This document shows, piece by piece, positions 46,776-50,094 of a DNA stretch of 50,094 nt; within the stretch, counting starts at the first letter, position 1, and the number at the start of each line of letters is the position of its first letter. Below the pieces are notes generated by a model. That model had not been told where the DNA came from. It was given only the letters and a program-made list of their open reading frames with translations, and searched no databases. A program made the position numbers and the translations under genes. This DNA comes from Nemertoderma westbladi (taxonomy: Eukaryota; Animalia; Xenacoelomorpha). The stretch covers positions 1 to 50,094 of the forward strand of contig JAUCBJ010006651.1 in NCBI GenBank assembly GCA_032718475.1, read 5' to 3'.

Positions 46776-47723
46776 TTGAATATAAAATTGATATCATACA
46801 AGAAAGATCATATAGTATCCAACAAAGAGAGAATAATTGATGACCTCCAATGTAAATTTATATTATTTTCAAAGTACTGTTCATGTAGTAAGATTGATAA
46901 AGATTCTGTTAACGAAGTTGAGTACTTGCAAAGCAATCAGGAGGAGGCAGATACTAAAATCATTCTACACACTCAAGATGCTTTAAAACTTGGCTATTCA
47001 CCAATACTAATACGTTCTCCTTCTGGGGATATTGATATTACTTTACTGTTAGTACATTTTTTTCGACATCCTCACGATCAAAACGTTATTTTAGATAATG
47101 GAAGGAACAAATCCCGCAAGGTATTGCGAATTAGTGATTTCGAAATGCCAACAGAACTAAAAGACTGCGTACTAGGAGTACACGCTTTTACAGGAAACGA
47201 TCAGGTTTCATCATTCTTTGGAAAATCTAAAAAACGCTGTTGGAAGATAGCTGAAAAGCGTTCGAACTTCAGAAGAATATTTGCCGAGCTTGGAAGCTCG
47301 ATAATATTAACTGCAGAGACGGAATTGGTGTTAGAGAAGTATGTGTGCTCACTGTATTCAACCAAACAAGAACAACATTGGACTGTCAATGAGCTTAGAT
47401 ACCAGATTTTTAATTTGCACTGCCTAAAGAAACATAGATGCCATGACTTGTCAACAATGCCCCCTTGTAAAAGAGTACTTAGTCTCCATATAAAACGAGC
47501 CAACTATGTTGCTTACCTCTGGAAAGCATCACTAAATAGTATTATCGCGATAAATAGATTCACAGATCATGGCTGGAATGATGATGGATCCATCCACTGG
47601 TCGGATGAGTATTTCCCTTATGACATCAGCAATATTTTGATAAATTGTGACGAGGAACAAGAAAGCGGCAAAGATAGTGACGAAGATAGTGAAACGAGCG
47701 ATGAGGATGAAGCAAGTGATTAG
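46776..47723 (+). CDS. XPG/FEN1-like nuclease domain of an Academ protein, 5'-truncated, 315 aa open
   Basis: SNQEEADTKIILH, IRSPSGDIDI, HAFTGNDQVSSFFGKSK, EKYVCSLY, VNELRY, MPPC...HIKRANY..YLWK, HGW, acidic tail; annotated start is TTG, not ATG. Confidence 0.82.
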   Translation: MNIKLISYKKDHIVSNKERIIDDLQCKFILFSKYCSCSKIDKDSVNEVEYLQSNQEEADTKIILHTQDALKLGYSPILIRSPSGDIDITLLLVHFFRHPHDQNVILDNGRNKSRKVLRISDFEMPTELKDCVLGVHAFTGNDQVSSFFGKSKKRCWKIAEKRSNFRRIFAELGSSIILTAETELVLEKYVCSLYSTKQEQHWTVNELRYQIFNLHCLKKHRCHDLSTMPPCKRVLSLHIKRANYVAYLWKASLNSIIAINRFTDHGWNDDGSIHWSDEYFPYDISNILINCDEEQESGKDSDEDSETSDEDEASD

Positions 47724-47899
47724 TTTAGGACAACTTTCATGATTCATTTGGCATTATTGCCAATGCATTTACATTATACTGTATTAGTAGAAATATATTA
47801 TATTTATTGATAATTACTAAAATTAAATAGTTAAATAAGCACCAAAGTTCTGGCGACAAGGCAAAAAGGCTCTGCAAATCTGATTGCACTACCGGATGC

Positions 47900-48220
47900 T
47901 AAACTTACTACGTATATGTGGAGACATACTGTAGGACAGTGAAGTAGAACATGATGTTCGTCCTGTACAGCTGAGTTGTCGCACTGACAGACTAATGAAG
48001 AATTCTAATGAAGAATTAAGTAACTTATAACCAGGAGTGTTTGCATTCTTACATAATTTGAATATACAGTGGAAAGGAATATCCATCCATATCTATGTTC
48101 TTAAGCATTTATGTAATAAAATTTTTCATAGGGTTAAGAATACGTTACCTTAATGGTGGAACCCCCAATTCGACTAAACAGAGTTCTATAAGAATTTGTA
48201 CACGGACATTTAATAGTATT
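47900..48220 (-). pseudogene. C-terminal remnant of a LINE ORF2 inside the Academ element
   Basis: Minus-strand frames give LLNVRVQILIELCLVELGVPPL, DIPFHCIFKLCKNANTPGYKLL and the CCHC-like CQCDNSAVQDEHHVLLHCP. Confidence 0.55.
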
Positions 48221-50094
48221 TTACCATCCTACACGCCTTCCAATGTTGATATATTTATTACCTTACAGAAAACTATATAAGATATTACTTTTCCTTTAAT
48301 ACACCCGATTTACTGATATACCTACTTACTTATATTGTAATATATTCATTGATTGCATGGCATTTCTGTTCTGTACGTTTCGTTTATGGCAAATTATATT
48401 CCCTCTGGTAAACAAAATTTGTTGCTGTTAAATAAATAATTACAATTATATTGAAGAAATGACAATTTATTTTAGTAAATATTATTTTCCTAATTGCTAA
48501 GAATATTATAACTTTGCTTCGGTTTTTGTCACAACATAATAAGCTACTGTAGTAGAAAAGTTTGAAAGCGAAAGTATAAATTCTGACTCTCAGAATATCA
48601 GTTCCATCTTTGTATTATTTTTATAAGAATTTTCAACGATCTGTGACTCAGTTTATGTATAAGCGCATGAATTTTGTATAATACATTAAAAAACAATTAA
48701 TATAATGTAAGGAATCGCCTACACTGGTACACAACATAGGCCTACAGTACATATAGTTGCCTAGTAACTGTAGTAAATATTTCCAAATGTCAGAGAGTAT
48801 ACTTTCTCTGAATATTCTCTGATTATCGTTTCCCCGATAATAATCGGGCTAATTGACTAGGAGGATTTAGTACTCATCCAAAATGAGTTGCATGGGTGAA
48901 TGCAGAAATAATTAGCGCAAATTTTGATACATGTTTGAACGTGTTAAACCAAAGTAGCTACATTTTATGGCAGTTAATGTAAATGTTGGTTTCTTAAAAA
49001 AAGTGAAAGTATTTTGTTCTCATGTAAATTTATCGCATTTAAAAAATAAAAGTTGCGATATATTTGTATTTAAATTAATCGCCGGTCTTCCCTCTATAAG
49101 AAAAATGTTCAATTGAAAAAAATGATTGCATTTATATTCAACCAGAGGGCCCAACATAGAGTTAGGTAGGGGTCGGCTAGCTAGCTTGTTTTTGGCCTGT
49201 AGTTCTAGAATGCAAATTAGCTATACCGATCACCAACTGTGTTCTGACGTCTAACATGGTCCTCCATCCAAAAATAATAGTCTCGTTAATTTACCGAAGG
49301 TATTGCGCTTAACGCCGCCAGAGCCCGTACTACTTATTATTACAATATAATTCGCGAATGTTGTATTGTTTTATAGGTAGCCTTAGTAACAGTATCCTAT
49401 ACTACCTTTTAGCCAATAAAAAATGAGTTGAATGTAAACTGGGGCAGATCGTAACTTTAATACTCGATAGAGAGCACCCTTAAATTTACGATCGAAATGA
49501 ATCGTAAGTTTACAATCAAAGGGTCTGACAATTTTTATGCATATCGATTTTGTTTACGATAGTCGTATCTGCTGACTATGATTACGATACGAATAGGATT
49601 ACGACGATCGTAAAGTGTTTTATGCATCCGCGCCTTTGAGTTTAATTTATTAATGTAATATATTTGATTTTTTATTAAACAATGGCAAAACTAATAATTT
49701 ATAGCATTCCTATAACTGGGAAACTTCAGTTAAATCGCACAATTCACGTCCTTTAATTCGTCATCTCACGCCCTTTACTTTCTATCACATGAGATTTCGA
49801 GCGCTTAAATTGGAATTGTAGGCCTACTGTAGCTTGATTGACAAGCGTTTATTAATGTTTCATCATATTACTTTAGCACTAAGGATGAATTAAAACACGG
49901 AGCTTATGTATGCCAATTCGATGAAATATCTACATGTTTGTAATAACTTCGAATTTTCCGACTTTGCGAATCACACCCTTTACATGACTTTGACAGCTTA
50001 TTGTTCGAAAAGTTTTATAGATAGGCCTACATTTATGTTGTCTATGTTGTAGCTTATTAATTTTTCTAACGGAATATAACTTATTAATTAAATA

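Larger units (their letters stand above)
45576..49332 (+). mobile_element. Internally deleted Academ DNA transposon, ~571-bp TIRs
   Basis: TAG...CTA termini (TAGTACGGGCTCTGGCGGCG), 3-bp TSD CTT, near-identical TIRs 45576-46146 and 48762-49332, internal XPG-like ORF. Confidence 0.9.
45118..49634. mobile_element. PIF/Harbinger-like MITE hosting two nested insertions
   Basis: Imperfect TIRs GGCCCGTACGCATAAAACA / TGTTTTATGCATCCGCGCC; tcgtaa/ttacga subrepeats on both sides of the Academ element; TSD not clean. Confidence 0.55.

Overview
AT-rich metazoan (probably invertebrate) nuclear DNA, mostly transposon-derived. Two recognisable host genes, both single uninterrupted ORFs: an ELAV/Hu three-RRM gene (32594-33640, -) and CHMP6/Vps20 (40147-40779, +), plus a possible 79-aa orphan ORF (24270-24509). 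Retroelements: a decayed CRE-like non-LTR element split by a solo LTR, BEL/Pao pol remnants, a young full-length but defective Ty1/copia element (18005-22952) and a truncated LTR element related to the solo LTR. DNA elements: a non-autonomous piggyBac, two Mutator-like foldbacks with 9-bp TSDs, Tc1/mariner-like MITEs including a 1.85-kb foldback, Harbinger MITEs, and an Academ element with ~570-bp TIRs and an XPG-like nuclease ORF. The most unusual structure is a 1.43-kb palindrome (14232-15659) of ~409-bp units in which a tRNA-like Pol III A/B-box head runs directly into a minimal type-I hammerhead ribozyme (retrozyme/Penelope-like). Comparing foldback arms also shows that several TACAGTA/TAGGCCTA motifs are short insertions at TA, consistent with transposon excision footprints. 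All calls were read by eye; no alignment or database search was run, and boundaries may be off by a few bases.
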